A DNA stretch of 64,000 bases from an uncultured Chthonomonadaceae bacterium (GTDB taxonomy: Bacteria > Armatimonadota > Chthonomonadetes > Chthonomonadales > Chthonomonadaceae). The position numbers and the translations under genes were made by a program. The notes beneath the pieces were generated by a model. It searched no databases. It worked only from the letters and a program-made list of their open reading frames with translations, and was not told where the DNA came from. Of this stretch, positions 20,899 to 31,732 are shown piece after piece. Each line of letters begins with the position of its first letter. Within the stretch, counting starts at the first letter, position 1. Where the stretch lies: contig CAWFQB010000005.1 of the NCBI GenBank assembly GCA_963817895.1, positions 845,858 through 909,857 of the forward strand, read 5' to 3'.

Positions 20899-22413
20899 CC
20901 CATTCGGAACGATGTCTTTGTCCGTAATCGGCTTTTTGCCCTCCATCTGTTCGCGGCTGACTTTGTAAGTCACCCGCGTCAGGCGCAAGGGCTGCCCGAA
21001 CTTGCTGAAAGGCACGATTTTGCCGTCCCATACCGGTGCCTCGCCCCCGAAACCCTCAATCATCGTGGTTCCCATTTCGCCGGGGCTTTTTTCCAGCACG
21101 ACATTGGATGGGTTGGAGTCCGTCAGTCCCTCGCCGTTCCAGCCAAACCGGTCTTGCAGGAAGGGGGAGGACTGGCGCACATTGTAGTCGAGGACGATTT
21201 TGTAGGAGTCAGACACGAAACTGTACATCTTCGGGTCTTTGCTCATGTCCATTTCGCGCGCGTACTTGCCCTCATGGACGCTGATGGCATCATGCAGAAT
21301 CGTGGTATCCTGGTCCACTTCAAAAGAACTGAGCGTTTGTCCGAGTCCTTTGGATTTGTAGTCCCAGTCGCTGATCCAGACGTTGACGCGAGAACCGGGG
21401 GCCGTGTTGAACGTGCCGGAGATTTTCAGCACATGCGGGCGCACGACATCAATCTGCGTGGTCAGCGCGACATTCCACGGGCGGGGAGTCTGGTCGGCGG
21501 CTTTGAGCGGCGGCGCGATCACGTTCGGGAATTTCGTCGGGTTGATTTTCGGGTCGTGATCGGTTGTGGTATAGCGGTCGTGGTAGCGCTGCACGTTCTG
21601 CTCGTAGTTGTGGATTTCCGTGGCAAGCATCTGCTTCAGCGAGTATTCCACATCTTTATGCTCTGCTTTCGCTTTCGCGATGTCCCCTTCCGTCCGCTCT
21701 CGGGCGCGCCGCCAGATTTGCAGGGCTTCGGGGATGCGTCCCATGCGCTCATACGTGTGTCCCAAAATGTGATAGGTTTTGATGGGCGCGGCATACGGGA
21801 AATCATCCGTGTCCTTTACGCCTTTTTCATTGCCGTATGGCCCGGCAATTGCCATTTCAAAGGCGGCGGCGGCGACGGGGTAGTCCTTGATCTTGTCGAA
21901 GTTTTGCCAGCCCTTTTCAAACTTGATGTCGGCAATGTTCATGTTGTTCTTGATGCCTTCATCCAGCAGGGCCTGCGAGGGGGCGATGTAGCGCCAGTCG
22001 GAACGCTCGGAACTGTCCGTGAAGTTGTAGGAGAGATGCCACGCGCCGGTCACGTACACGTTGTCGGCGTGGGGGTCGAGCCACGTAATCATGCGGACAA
22101 GCGGCAGAATCGCGTCGTAGTCGCCCGAATGGAAGAACTCGTCGCAACGTACCCACAGCAGGCCGGCAGCCGCTTCGCGGAAGCCGAGCAGGGGCAGCAG
22201 CATGAACTCGTTGTTCAGCCCGGACGCGCTCGTCCCGATGCTGACCTCCTCCTTATGAATGTCTTTGATCTGCGGGTCGAGCATGTGCTGAACCAGCATC
22301 GTGCCGAGGAAGAACGCTGCCGCAAGGGGAATCAACTTCTGCCGCCGCTTGATGGTTTCATGCGACATGCGCTTGTTCGCATGGGTCAGGTGGGATATAT
22401 CTTGGTTTGCCAT
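20896..22413 (-). CDS. TPR-like membrane-anchored protein associated with the ABC system
   Basis: N-terminal TM; LGFREAAAGLLWV, ITWLDPH, AWHLSYN; TPR-like helices. Confidence 0.75.
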   Translation of the reverse strand: MANQDISHLTHANKRMSHETIKRRQKLIPLAAAFFLGTMLVQHMLDPQIKDIHKEEVSIGTSASGLNNEFMLLPLLGFREAAAGLLWVRCDEFFHSGDYDAILPLVRMITWLDPHADNVYVTGAWHLSYNFTDSSERSDWRYIAPSQALLDEGIKNNMNIADIKFEKGWQNFDKIKDYPVAAAAFEMAIAGPYGNEKGVKDTDDFPYAAPIKTYHILGHTYERMGRIPEALQIWRRARERTEGDIAKAKAEHKDVEYSLKQMLATEIHNYEQNVQRYHDRYTTTDHDPKINPTKFPNVIAPPLKAADQTPRPWNVALTTQIDVVRPHVLKISGTFNTAPGSRVNVWISDWDYKSKGLGQTLSSFEVDQDTTILHDAISVHEGKYAREMDMSKDPKMYSFVSDSYKIVLDYNVRQSSPFLQDRFGWNGEGLTDSNPSNVVLEKSPGEMGTTMIEGFGGEAPVWDGKIVPFSKFGQPLRLTRVTYKVSREQMEGKKPITDKDIVPNG

Positions 22414-22417
22414 GAAA

Positions 22418-23185
22418 TTACACCTCGCGCCGGTCGAAGATGAGAATCGCCAGCGTCAGCAGCACGGCAGAATAGATGATGGCGTAGATAATATTGTTGC
22501 GGTAGAACACGCCCTCGTTGGTAATCTCCTGCGTCGGGTGAATCAGCGCGTTCTGGATGTTGAAGTTGCCGAAGTTGGGCAGAATGTAGTGAACGATGGT
22601 TCCCACGAATTTGGCGGCCTGTCCCCGGCTGGTCATCAGCGATTCAGTAACGCTGGACAGGTTGCCCACGAGGAAGATACCGAACGACAGGAAGAAGTTG
22701 ACGACCGGCGTGGCGAACGTGGAAAAGAAGATTGTCAGCGCGGCCAGCAGCAGCATCTGGAAGAACGTCATCACGACGCCCTTGACCATTTCCGGCGGCA
22801 CTTTGCCCAACTGGAACTTCAGCATAATCAGGAACACGATGCCCATGGCGGCGATATTGATGAAGACCGTGAAAAAGCCGCCCAGAAACTTGCCCAGCAC
22901 GAACTCGTAGCGCTGCACGGGCTTGGAAAGCACGGTATAAATGGTGCGCCGCTCGATCTCAACGGGTATCAGGTAGATACAGGTGACAATCGTGATGAAC
23001 AGGCCGGCCAGCAGAATGGCGGCGAGTCCCAAGCTTTTCAAAACGGTCTGGCTGTCTTTGCCGAGGAAGTTGAAGACGGGGCCGAGCGAGATCAGGAAGA
23101 TACCCGAAATCAGGAACACCCACATAACGCGCCGTCGCAGCGCTTCGCGCACGGTTTGGCGGGCAATTGCCCATGTTACCATCAT
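22418..23185 (-). CDS. ABC-2 type permease
   Basis: EIERRTIYTVLSKPV, FVLGKFLG, FDRREV. Confidence 0.9.
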   Translation of the reverse strand: MMVTWAIARQTVREALRRRVMWVFLISGIFLISLGPVFNFLGKDSQTVLKSLGLAAILLAGLFITIVTCIYLIPVEIERRTIYTVLSKPVQRYEFVLGKFLGGFFTVFINIAAMGIVFLIMLKFQLGKVPPEMVKGVVMTFFQMLLLAALTIFFSTFATPVVNFFLSFGIFLVGNLSSVTESLMTSRGQAAKFVGTIVHYILPNFGNFNIQNALIHPTQEITNEGVFYRNNIIYAIIYSAVLLTLAILIFDRREV

Positions 23186-23187
23186 AT

Positions 23188-24126
23188 TTAGACCTCATCC
23201 TCCTTACGAACCGTTTCCACGAACACCTCTTCCAGCGTCCGCTTGTGCGGCACAACCGCGATCAATTCGCCCTGCGCGCCCCGTACCAGATCAATAATCG
23301 CCGCTACTTTTTCCCGGTCATCGCTGGACAGGCGGACGCCGTTCGCGCCATCCCTGACCGCATCGGGGGCCAGCGCGCGCAGCTTGTCGAACGTGCCGTT
23401 GACCAGACTGCCGCCCTGCGCCACGATTTCGGTTCGTTCGCCGGATACCAGTTCGCGGATCGTGCCGACTTTGAGCAACTTGCCCCGGTGGATAATGGCG
23501 ACGCGAGAGCAGATCAGTTCCACGTCGGCCAGTTGGTGCGAGGAGAGGAAAACGGTCTTGCCCTCATCTTTGAGACTGCCAACGATGTCGCGCAGTTCCG
23601 CGTGGGCAATAGGGTCAAGGCCGGATGTCGGCTCATCGAGAAACAGCAGTTTAGGATCGTTGATGAGCGCCTGCGCGATACCTGTGCGCTGGCGCATGCC
23701 TTTGGAGTAGCCCCGGATGTTGCGCTTCCAGGCGTCGGGCTGTAGCCGGACTTTTTCCAGCGACAGTTTCACGCGGCGGCTGCGCTCCGGTTCGGGAATT
23801 TTGAACAGGCGGCCATAAAAGTCGAGCAGGTCCCAGCCGGTCATGCCGTCGTAGAAGTAGGTCTCTTCCGGCAGGTAGCTGAGTTGGTTCTTGATGGCAT
23901 TGTCGCCCATCGGCTTGCCCAGGATGTTGGCGTCGCCCGCTGTCGGGAAAATCAGTCCGAGCAGCATTTTGATGGTCGTGGTTTTGCCGGCTCCATTGCG
24001 GCCCAGGAAGCCGAAAATTTCGCCCTCTTCCACTTCGAGGTTGAGGTTATTAACGGCCGTAACCTCGCCGGTGCCCACTCCGAGGTACTTTTTGGTCAGT
24101 CCCTGGATGGAAATTGCAGCAGCCAT
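23188..24126 (-). CDS. ABC transporter ATP-binding protein
   Basis: GRNGAGKTT, YSKGMRQR, LDEPTSGLD, SSH. Confidence 0.95.
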   Translation of the reverse strand: MAAAISIQGLTKKYLGVGTGEVTAVNNLNLEVEEGEIFGFLGRNGAGKTTTIKMLLGLIFPTAGDANILGKPMGDNAIKNQLSYLPEETYFYDGMTGWDLLDFYGRLFKIPEPERSRRVKLSLEKVRLQPDAWKRNIRGYSKGMRQRTGIAQALINDPKLLFLDEPTSGLDPIAHAELRDIVGSLKDEGKTVFLSSHQLADVELICSRVAIIHRGKLLKVGTIRELVSGERTEIVAQGGSLVNGTFDKLRALAPDAVRDGANGVRLSSDDREKVAAIIDLVRGAQGELIAVVPHKRTLEEVFVETVRKEDEV

Positions 24127-24629
24127 AAAAGCGGTTTCCTCCCTCCGTCGCGCAAACTCAGACGCGCAGGGCAAGGCTGTCAACTCGCGGCTTCCCAAAC
24201 AATCTTCCCGATGGCTTCTAAGATAAGGATAAAGAATAAGAGCGGAAGAGAGGCCCGTCGCGCGGGCGGAAGCGAAAGCGAAACAGCGTTCCTCATACGC
24301 GCCGCCTCGTGGCGACAGGTGAAACAAAACAAACACATAGAGAATAAGAGCAGTCGCGGCGTTCAAAACAGGAACCATCAACCGTATGCCGCGCGAACGG
24401 GTAACGCGGTATTATACCGTCTGAACTACGTCCTGTCAAACGGCTTTAATCCGAGTGTGAAAACAGGAAGCCTTCAACGAAGCGCCCTGAACCCAATACC
24501 GCATACCCTCTTTGATTCAGTACGGAAGAAACAGGCTGTTTTGTCACATGGGGAGGCGTACTGTTTCATAGATAGAGCCTGCATTGGGTACACTGTGTTT
24601 GCGCGTTATATCCTTTGCGGAGGTTCTGC

Positions 24630-25910
24630 ATGGTCTTTCCCCAATCTTCTTCCAATTCTCCTGCGGCAGTGGCGGAGATTGTTCCGACCGATGCGGCTTC
24701 ACCCTCTGTGGACGCGACAAATCCAACTGCGGATGTGATGAAGTCGGCAATCTCGACTGCGGCCTCAAAACCGCGCCTGCCGCAACTGGATTTTCTGCGG
24801 TTCGTCGCGATTATACTGGTGATGGGCCGCCATGCCATCCTGCCGCCGGAAGGAGCCGTGGGAATTCGACCGCTGGCGCAATGCTGGTACGATCTGGGCT
24901 GGACGGGCGTGGATTTGTTCTTCATCTTATCCGGCTTCCTGATTGGCGGCCTGCTGTTCGCGGAACTGCGCCAGTACGGGACGTTTGACGCGCGGCGGTT
25001 CATCATTCGGCGCGGCTTCAAGATATGGCCCCTGTACCTGGGATATGTCGCCATTATTATCGCGCTGATCCGCCACAAAGACCATGTTTCGCTCTGGCAA
25101 GCCTTTCTGCGGGCGTGGCCGTTTTATACGCACACGCAAAACTACACGATGCACAGCGACCTGTATTTCAGATACCCGGTCACGCATCTGTGGAGTCTGG
25201 CTGTAGAGGAGCATTTTTACCTGCTGCTTCCCCCGTTACTCGTATTCCTGACGCGCCGCGCGCCCGACGTTAAGCGGGCGATCCCCCTCTTTCCGGTCGC
25301 CGCCCTTGCCGTGATGCTCGGCTGCCTTGCGGTTCGCGCCCTGACTTTTCATCATCCCATTACGCCCGAACGCAATATATGGCCCACGCATCTGCGTATA
25401 GACAGCCTGGCCTTCGGCGTCCTGCTGGCGTATGCCTGGCACTACAAGCGCGCGTGGATTCAGCCCCTGTTAAATCGTCCCGGGTGGCTGCTTGTCGGGG
25501 GATTTGGCGTGATGGCGCTCATCTGGCCCTATCTGGGCCTCCCCGAATTCAACTGCATAACAGGGTATACGGTGCTGTATCTGGTTTATGGCTGTATTCT
25601 GCTGGCCTGCATGGCGTCCACCCTGCCGGAGCAGCAGAACGGGCGCATGGCCGCCTTTTTTCGCCTTGCCCCCTGCCGTTTTCTCGCGGGCATCGGCTTC
25701 TGGAGCTATTCCATTTATATTGTGCATCTGTGGGGGGGGCAGAAGCCGTCTCTATGGTTCCTGCACCAGAATATTCCGCTCAATCGAGACGCGCGCTGGC
25801 TGTTCGTCATGCTGCTGTATCTCGCCACATCCATTCTGCTCGGAACCCTGTGCGGCAGGCTGATTGAAAAGCCGACCCTTGCCCTGCGCAACCGCCTGTT
25901 TCCCGCCTGA
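24630..25910 (+). CDS. Acyltransferase-3 (OafA-like) membrane O-acyltransferase
   Basis: LDFLRFVA, GVDLFFILSGFLI, HLWSLAVEEHFY, SYSIYIVH. Confidence 0.92.
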   Translation: MVFPQSSSNSPAAVAEIVPTDAASPSVDATNPTADVMKSAISTAASKPRLPQLDFLRFVAIILVMGRHAILPPEGAVGIRPLAQCWYDLGWTGVDLFFILSGFLIGGLLFAELRQYGTFDARRFIIRRGFKIWPLYLGYVAIIIALIRHKDHVSLWQAFLRAWPFYTHTQNYTMHSDLYFRYPVTHLWSLAVEEHFYLLLPPLLVFLTRRAPDVKRAIPLFPVAALAVMLGCLAVRALTFHHPITPERNIWPTHLRIDSLAFGVLLAYAWHYKRAWIQPLLNRPGWLLVGGFGVMALIWPYLGLPEFNCITGYTVLYLVYGCILLACMASTLPEQQNGRMAAFFRLAPCRFLAGIGFWSYSIYIVHLWGGQKPSLWFLHQNIPLNRDARWLFVMLLYLATSILLGTLCGRLIEKPTLALRNRLFPA

Positions 25911-26097
25911 TTGCGGCAACCGCGCGAATTCAGACTGGCTGATAGCGGTTCCCGCGCGGCGGCCGGCTATTGACAAGCAGGTAAATGCGGCTTATAATGA
26001 AGGTGTTTCTGCCTCATTTGCTTCCTCTTTCCAATATCGGCGCGTTGGCAATCCGGTACACTCTGTTGCGTACCCTCCTCCGGCGTGGAGTGTCTGT

Positions 26098-27384
26098 ATG
26101 GTTTTCCCTGATGTGTCTCAAAATTCTTTAGCACAAGTCAGGCTCACAGCGACGCAGGCGGCGGCGTCTGAGTCGGGTCTGCCGGATGCGATCTCCTCCC
26201 CTGTTGTCGCGCCGGAGATGATCGGGGCGACAACGGCATCCAGACAACGCCTGCCGCAGCTGGATTTTCTGCGCTTCGTCGCCATCTTTTTAATTATCGG
26301 CCACCACATTATCATGCCGCCGCAGGAGGCCAACCGACTGGAGCCGATTGCGCATATCTGGCAGGTTTATGGCTGGACGGGTGTCGACCTGTTCTTTGTG
26401 CTGTCCGGCTTCCTCATCGGCGGGCTGCTATTCACGGAATTGCGCAAATCCGGCAAACTGGACGCGCGCCGGTTCATCATTCGGCGCGGGTTCAAGATAT
26501 GGCCGCTGTACCTGGGGTACGTCGCGCTTATAATCGCGCTGATCCATCACAGGACGCGCGTTTCGTGGTGGCAGGCAATTGGGCGCGCATGGCCGTTTTA
26601 TACGCACACGCAGAACTACACGATGCACAGCGACCTGTACGTCAATTATCCTGTCGCGCACCTGTGGAGCCTGGCTGTAGAGGAGCATTTTTACCTGCTG
26701 CTTCCCCCGTTACTCGTATTCCTGACGCGCCGCGCGCCCGACGTTAAGCGGGCGATCCCCCTCTTTCCGGTCGCCGCCCTTGCCGTGATGCTCGGCTGCC
26801 TTGCGGTTCGCGCCCTGACTTTTCATCATCCCATTACGCCCGAACGCAATATATGGCCCACGCATCTGCGTATAGACAGCCTGGCCTTCGGCGTCCTGCT
26901 GGCGTATGCCTGGCACTACAAGCGCGCGTGGATTCAGCCCCTGTTAAATCGTCCCGGGTGGCTGCTTGTCGGGGGATTTGGCGTGATGGCGCTCATCTGG
27001 CCCTATCTGGGCCTCCCCGAATTCAACTGCATAACAGGGTATACGGTGCTGTATCTGGTTTATGGCTGTATTCTGCTGGCCTGCATGGCGTCCACCCTGC
27101 CGGAGCAGCAGAACGGGCGCATGGCCGCCTTTTTTCGCCTTGCCCCCTGCCGTTTTCTCGCGGGCATCGGCTTCTGGAGCTATTCCATTTATATTGTGCA
27201 TCTGTGGGGGGGGCAGAAGCCGTCTCTATGGTTCCTGCACCAGAATATTCCGCTCAATCGAGACGCGCGCTGGCTGTTCGTCATGCTGCTGTATCTCGCC
27301 ACATCCATTCTGCTCGGAACCCTGTGCGGCAGGCTGATTGAAAAGCCGACCCTTGCCCTGCGCAACCGCCTGTTTCCCGCCTGA
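26098..27384 (+). CDS. Acyltransferase-3 paralogue
   Basis: Same motifs; the 3' 714 bp appear identical to the upstream copy. Confidence 0.92.
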   Translation: MVFPDVSQNSLAQVRLTATQAAASESGLPDAISSPVVAPEMIGATTASRQRLPQLDFLRFVAIFLIIGHHIIMPPQEANRLEPIAHIWQVYGWTGVDLFFVLSGFLIGGLLFTELRKSGKLDARRFIIRRGFKIWPLYLGYVALIIALIHHRTRVSWWQAIGRAWPFYTHTQNYTMHSDLYVNYPVAHLWSLAVEEHFYLLLPPLLVFLTRRAPDVKRAIPLFPVAALAVMLGCLAVRALTFHHPITPERNIWPTHLRIDSLAFGVLLAYAWHYKRAWIQPLLNRPGWLLVGGFGVMALIWPYLGLPEFNCITGYTVLYLVYGCILLACMASTLPEQQNGRMAAFFRLAPCRFLAGIGFWSYSIYIVHLWGGQKPSLWFLHQNIPLNRDARWLFVMLLYLATSILLGTLCGRLIEKPTLALRNRLFPA

Positions 27385-27517
27385 CGCTCTTTGCCCCTCC
27401 TTCAAGATAGTTCGCGCCTGTCAGTTCTGCCACGACAAAGAGATTCTGGTGGATGCTACTGTCTTATTCACAGAAGTAGACACAAACACTAATCGTGTCC
27501 TGTGATTCGACGCGCGC

Positions 27518-27931
27518 CTACTCACTCCACGCGATATTTTGCGCGGCAAGGTGCGCTTTGATACGCGCAAACTCCTGATCGTAGTATCTTATTACCTCTT
27601 CCGGTGTCGGCTCCCACAGATTATAACGCACGGTTTTGCTTGCGTTCTCTAAATTTTGATAATCCCATTCGGGACGGCCCAGGTGCTGTACTACATATTG
27701 GATGCGTTGATTATAGTTTTCAGGGATCGACTCCTGAAGCAGAGCGCATTTTGTAACCGCATGAGCCTGCACAAGATGCAGAGCGGCCTAGAATAGCGCT
27801 ACCAGCGCCCATCCCCTGTCTTCCGGCGTTTGCAGGAGACGTTGGTAGCGTTGATAATTGGCCTGCGCTCCGGCAATGTGTTCACGCGCTTTCTTACCCG
27901 GCTGAAGTTTCAATGGCTGTCTGGAAGGCAT
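27518..27931 (-). pseudogene. HEPN-like toxin with in-frame TAG at codon 48
   Basis: MPSRQ...RGWALVALF*AALHLVQA...YQNLENASKTVRY; the stop (27788-27790) falls at the Tyr of the FYAALH motif. Confidence 0.65.
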
Positions 27932-27946
27932 GGTTCTCCGTCTGCA

Positions 27947-28372
27947 TTAACTGATAAGAATCTCGGATATGGGACACTCCCCCAGCTCGCGCCTGCCACG
28001 AACTTCCACATTCAAGTTCGCTTTTGGGTATTTGCGGTAAAGATCGCCGCGCAGTTTGTAAACGCCATGCGCCGCCTCGCTTCGCAGTTCGGGAACCACA
28101 ATAAGATAAATGGGTTCCCACTCGTTTTCGCCCCGGCGTATCATCATTTCCGCGTCGGGGATTTGTTCAGCCTTCTCTCGGAAAATCCGGTTGGCGGTCT
28201 GCGTTTGCGTTTCCGTCAATGTTGGCGCGGGCGCGTCCGAAGCAGCGCTCTGCCCATTGCCCGCAGCAGACAAGGGGTTGATAGCCGCCTGTTGCGCGGC
28301 CCTCTTGTTCGCCAATCCGCGCCCCGGCTTTGGAAAATAACGCCCCGGCTTTACCTCTGTTTCCATCTCCAT
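27947..28372 (-). CDS. Hypothetical protein, probable antitoxin partner of the HEPN-like gene
   Basis: GGAGG SD; directly upstream of the HEPN-like gene (start 28372 or 28366). Confidence 0.55.
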   Translation of the reverse strand: MEMETEVKPGRYFPKPGRGLANKRAAQQAAINPLSAAGNGQSAASDAPAPTLTETQTQTANRIFREKAEQIPDAEMMIRRGENEWEPIYLIVVPELRSEAAHGVYKLRGDLYRKYPKANLNVEVRGRRELGECPISEILIS

Positions 28373-28702
28373 GCCTCCGGTTCTGAATGTTGTATCAGCC
28401 ACAAACCTGTTTGCTCTATTATAGCATGGGAAGCGCGGCCATAAAGCGTTCTGAGAGTACGAACCTCCACACAAACTAATGCTAACAAGCAGGCGTTTCC
28501 ACTGTCTGAAGCAGTAGCGTACAGGCTATGGCCTCCCGAAACTTAGCGGCGGCAGTCTGGCTGCGACCTCATACTTTCCCCGCGCCTGCTTCGTACTTCA
28601 AATAGGCAGAGGCAGCGCGGATTGCGTTGCCGGATCAAAGAAAGTATTGTAAGGCTGATTTTAGAGGTTTTTTAGAGTTTTTCAAGTTTGACAGGAGAGA
28701 TT

Positions 28703-29506
28703 ATGATGTCAGTTACGCCACGTCGCGCCGGTTTTGGTTTATTGATGGCTGTGTTCGCGCTGTTGGGGAGTGGGATGGACGCGCCGCGACATAACGCATT
28801 GGCTTTTGCCGCCCCGCGCGCCGCTGTGAGCGGTAAACTCAGCGATTACGAAGTGACCAAACTGGAAGATTTCGAGACGACCATGAAGGCCACCTTCCAC
28901 AATGATTACGCCGCCCGCAAAATAGACCGCGATGCGGGGCTTATCTATCAACTGAAAAGCAATGTTCACATCCGCTACAAGGAAGAGAACAAATTTCGCG
29001 CCGATGGAACCATCGGCGTGAATCGGGCCAGCCTGATTATCAACGACAGCAAGCAGAGCGTTCGCCTGTCACTGGGCATTAAAAAGACCGAAGATATGGG
29101 CGCGGCCCCCGGCAAGCGCAAGACCCTGCTCGATGTGGGCCTGATTTCGGAATACTATCTCAAGTACGCGCAGGGCGAATTTATCGGGGAGCGCGTTTTT
29201 GAAGGGACACCGTGCGCCGTGTTCAAAATCACCTTCAAAGACCGCAGCCTGGACACGTCGCATCGCATCGTCTGGATTGACCCCAAAACCAAAATCACGC
29301 TGAAGCGCGAGGAGTATTTGCAGGACACGCGGGGCGGCAAATTGCGCGACGTGTGGCTGTACCGCGATCCGCGGGAGGTCGCGCCTGGCCTCTATTTCCC
29401 CACGCGCATCGAACTCTACAACAACGAGAACCAGAAGGCGGGCGAGACAACCTACACCCAAACGCGCGTCAACATCGGCCTCAGTGACAGCCTCTTCCGC
29501 CTGTGA
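28703..29506 (+). CDS. LolA-like / outer-membrane lipoprotein-sorting protein
   Basis: Signal peptide; WIDPKT, FPTRIE, NIGLSDSLF. Confidence 0.75.
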   Translation: MMSVTPRRAGFGLLMAVFALLGSGMDAPRHNALAFAAPRAAVSGKLSDYEVTKLEDFETTMKATFHNDYAARKIDRDAGLIYQLKSNVHIRYKEENKFRADGTIGVNRASLIINDSKQSVRLSLGIKKTEDMGAAPGKRKTLLDVGLISEYYLKYAQGEFIGERVFEGTPCAVFKITFKDRSLDTSHRIVWIDPKTKITLKREEYLQDTRGGKLRDVWLYRDPREVAPGLYFPTRIELYNNENQKAGETTYTQTRVNIGLSDSLFRL

Positions 29507-29570
29507 AAGTGGAGGGCTGTTTCTTTTGAAGTCTGCGCAGGCGCGGGAAGCCTTCCCGGTTGCGCCTGCT

Positions 29571-30965
29571 TCACCCCACTGCCGAGCGCAGCGGGCGCAC
29601 ACGCAGGGTGATGATTTTCACCGTGCCACCCGTGACAAACACGCTCAGGGGCTGCGCGTCCGGCAGGGGCGCGAACGTATTGGTCAGGGACACGCAGCCG
29701 CCATTCGCGAAAACTTCTATAGAACTGCGGTCCGCCAGAACGCGCAGTTGGATTCGCCCATTTTCGGGTTTCAGAGGCGCGCTGCTGTCCAGGCAGGTCA
29801 ACGTTTGCGCGGCCACATTGTAGCGAACGGAAACGCCGCACACGACAAACCCGAACTCCCCGCCGTTTTCCAGTTCAAACTCCGCTTCCACATCCCATAA
29901 ATTGCCCTGCTGTCCCGCGACGGGGTTCTGCGTGGGTTTGAGGGACAGGTTTTTCCAGCGTTGCTCCTTGACGTACAAATTGGCGATTTCGCGCGCGGGC
30001 TGGCGGTACAGGCACATTCCCGCCGGGGTCTGGCGCAGCGTCAGTTCACAGGGGAAACTCATCTGCTGATTGAACGGCATGCCGGGGTATTTGCCGCCCC
30101 GCATCCAGGCGATTTGCAGCCGCCTGCCGTCGGAGGCGGGAATGTCGCTGAAGGTTTGCGGGGCATAAAAGTTCGCGCCGTATTCCACCCGCTGCGGACT
30201 GCCGACCGGCGCGAATTGCCGGCCATCGAACGCGCCCACGAGATAGCGCCCATCCCCGGCCATAAACACCCACTGCGTTCCCTGACTGCTGTTTTCCGGT
30301 TCAAGCGGGAAAAAGTCGGGACACTCTTCGCTCTCGGGCAGGGAGAGGTTGTGCAGGTGCGTCCAGTTTTTCAGATCGGGCGAAGCGAAAAGCGCGAAAT
30401 CGCTTTTATCCAGATACAGCGCCATGACCCAGTGTTGTGTGGGCGTATGCCAGATCACTTTGGGGTCGCGGTTGCTGCCTACGATATGCTTGAGAATGGG
30501 GTTACGAGGATACTTTTTCCAGATACGTCCCCGATTGTTGCTGTACGCCAGGCATTGAGTGAAGAGCTGCCCCTGCGATTCGGGCGACGAGTTTCCCGCA
30601 GCGGTGTAGATAGCAATCAGGGACTTCTCTTTTCCACTGGAAAAACCGGTTGTGTCGTTCACATCCACAACTGCCGACCCGGAAAACATGGTTCCCATGA
30701 CGTCCGGTTCCAGCGCGTTTGCCAGTTGGTTCCAATGTATCAGATCACGGCTGACGGCATGGCCCCATGTCATATTGCCCCACTCGTTCCCCGTCGGGTT
30801 GTGCTGGAAGAAGAGATGGTACTCGCCCTTGTAGAACACCAGTCCATTCGGGTCGTTCAGCCAGTACCGGCGGGCGGTAAAGTGAAATTGCGGACGCAAG
30901 GCTTCGTTGTAAAGCATTGCAGACGGCGCATCGGCGGCTTCAGACACCGGCGATATCGCGTTCAT
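29571..30965 (-). CDS. GH32 beta-fructosidase / levanase
   Basis: WLNDPNG, WGHAVS, FSGSA, RDPKV, ECPD, DRSSIEVF. Confidence 0.95.
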   Translation of the reverse strand: MNAISPVSEAADAPSAMLYNEALRPQFHFTARRYWLNDPNGLVFYKGEYHLFFQHNPTGNEWGNMTWGHAVSRDLIHWNQLANALEPDVMGTMFSGSAVVDVNDTTGFSSGKEKSLIAIYTAAGNSSPESQGQLFTQCLAYSNNRGRIWKKYPRNPILKHIVGSNRDPKVIWHTPTQHWVMALYLDKSDFALFASPDLKNWTHLHNLSLPESEECPDFFPLEPENSSQGTQWVFMAGDGRYLVGAFDGRQFAPVGSPQRVEYGANFYAPQTFSDIPASDGRRLQIAWMRGGKYPGMPFNQQMSFPCELTLRQTPAGMCLYRQPAREIANLYVKEQRWKNLSLKPTQNPVAGQQGNLWDVEAEFELENGGEFGFVVCGVSVRYNVAAQTLTCLDSSAPLKPENGRIQLRVLADRSSIEVFANGGCVSLTNTFAPLPDAQPLSVFVTGGTVKIITLRVRPLRSAVG

Positions 30966-31090
30966 TGGGTTCCAAAGTGGGTACATTCCCTTCTCCGCGC
31001 AGGGGCGCAGGGCCGGACGTTTGTTCGCCGCCTGAACGCAATGTCGGCGGAACAAACGAGCGTCGCTTCACGCGCCTCGCGTTCTTTTGC

Positions 31091-31592
31091 TTAACGCCGC
31101 TCGCCCCACCAGAGGGGGCGATGCTGTTGCAGAAGACCGAAAAATCGGCGGATGCCCTCCATCCGGGCAACAGCGCGGTCATGTTCCATTCCGGCACAGG
31201 CAACCGCAAGCCGCTGCGCTTCCCGCGCATCCGGGCTGGCGTGTTGGCTGACGCCATTGCTGCATTTTTTCCAGTTCGCCCTCCTGAACCCAGAAGCCGC
31301 CGCAATCCAGGCAGGCGTTGAGTTCAATGGGCGAGTCGTACTGGTAATGATAAACGTGCAGCAGGCTGTCGCAGCCGGGGCAGGTAGTAGCGGCGGCTTG
31401 ATTTTCTGCTGCGTTACGCGGGGCGTCAGTTTTTCTTCCAGAACAATCATACTGACCGGGTCCGCCGCAATCAGGCGGCGCAGTTCCTCCGCGTCGAACC
31501 AGATTCCGGCGCAGTTGCGGCACACGTCGAGTTCGATCGTGGTGTCGTTCCGTCACCATCGGGTAGCGGCAATCCGGGCAAGCGCGCGTCAT
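31091..31592 (-). pseudogene. Tandem zf-TFIIB zinc-ribbon protein with about 3 frameshifts
   Basis: CPDC / CRNCAGIWFD and CPGC / CLDCGGFWV alternate between two frames. Confidence 0.65.
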
Positions 31593-31732
31593 ATTCAGTT
31601 CCAGCCTCCCACAATTTTTCGAGTCGGATTATTTGGTATGTCCCAATAGTTTGACATGATTTGGCTAATGTATTGCAACCAAACAGCAGTATACCCGTAA
31701 CTTAGGCCGGAAAAGCAACATTCCGGCCTGAA

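Noticed and set aside
20809..22443. Long antisense ORFs (also 43511-44884, 46105-47379, 13020-14180, 29961-31094)
   Set aside because: They are shadows of well-supported opposite-strand genes in GC-rich DNA and carry no motifs.
31091..31592. Programmed frameshifting in the zinc-ribbon gene
   Set aside because: Three shifts without slippery sites; decay or sequencing error is more likely.
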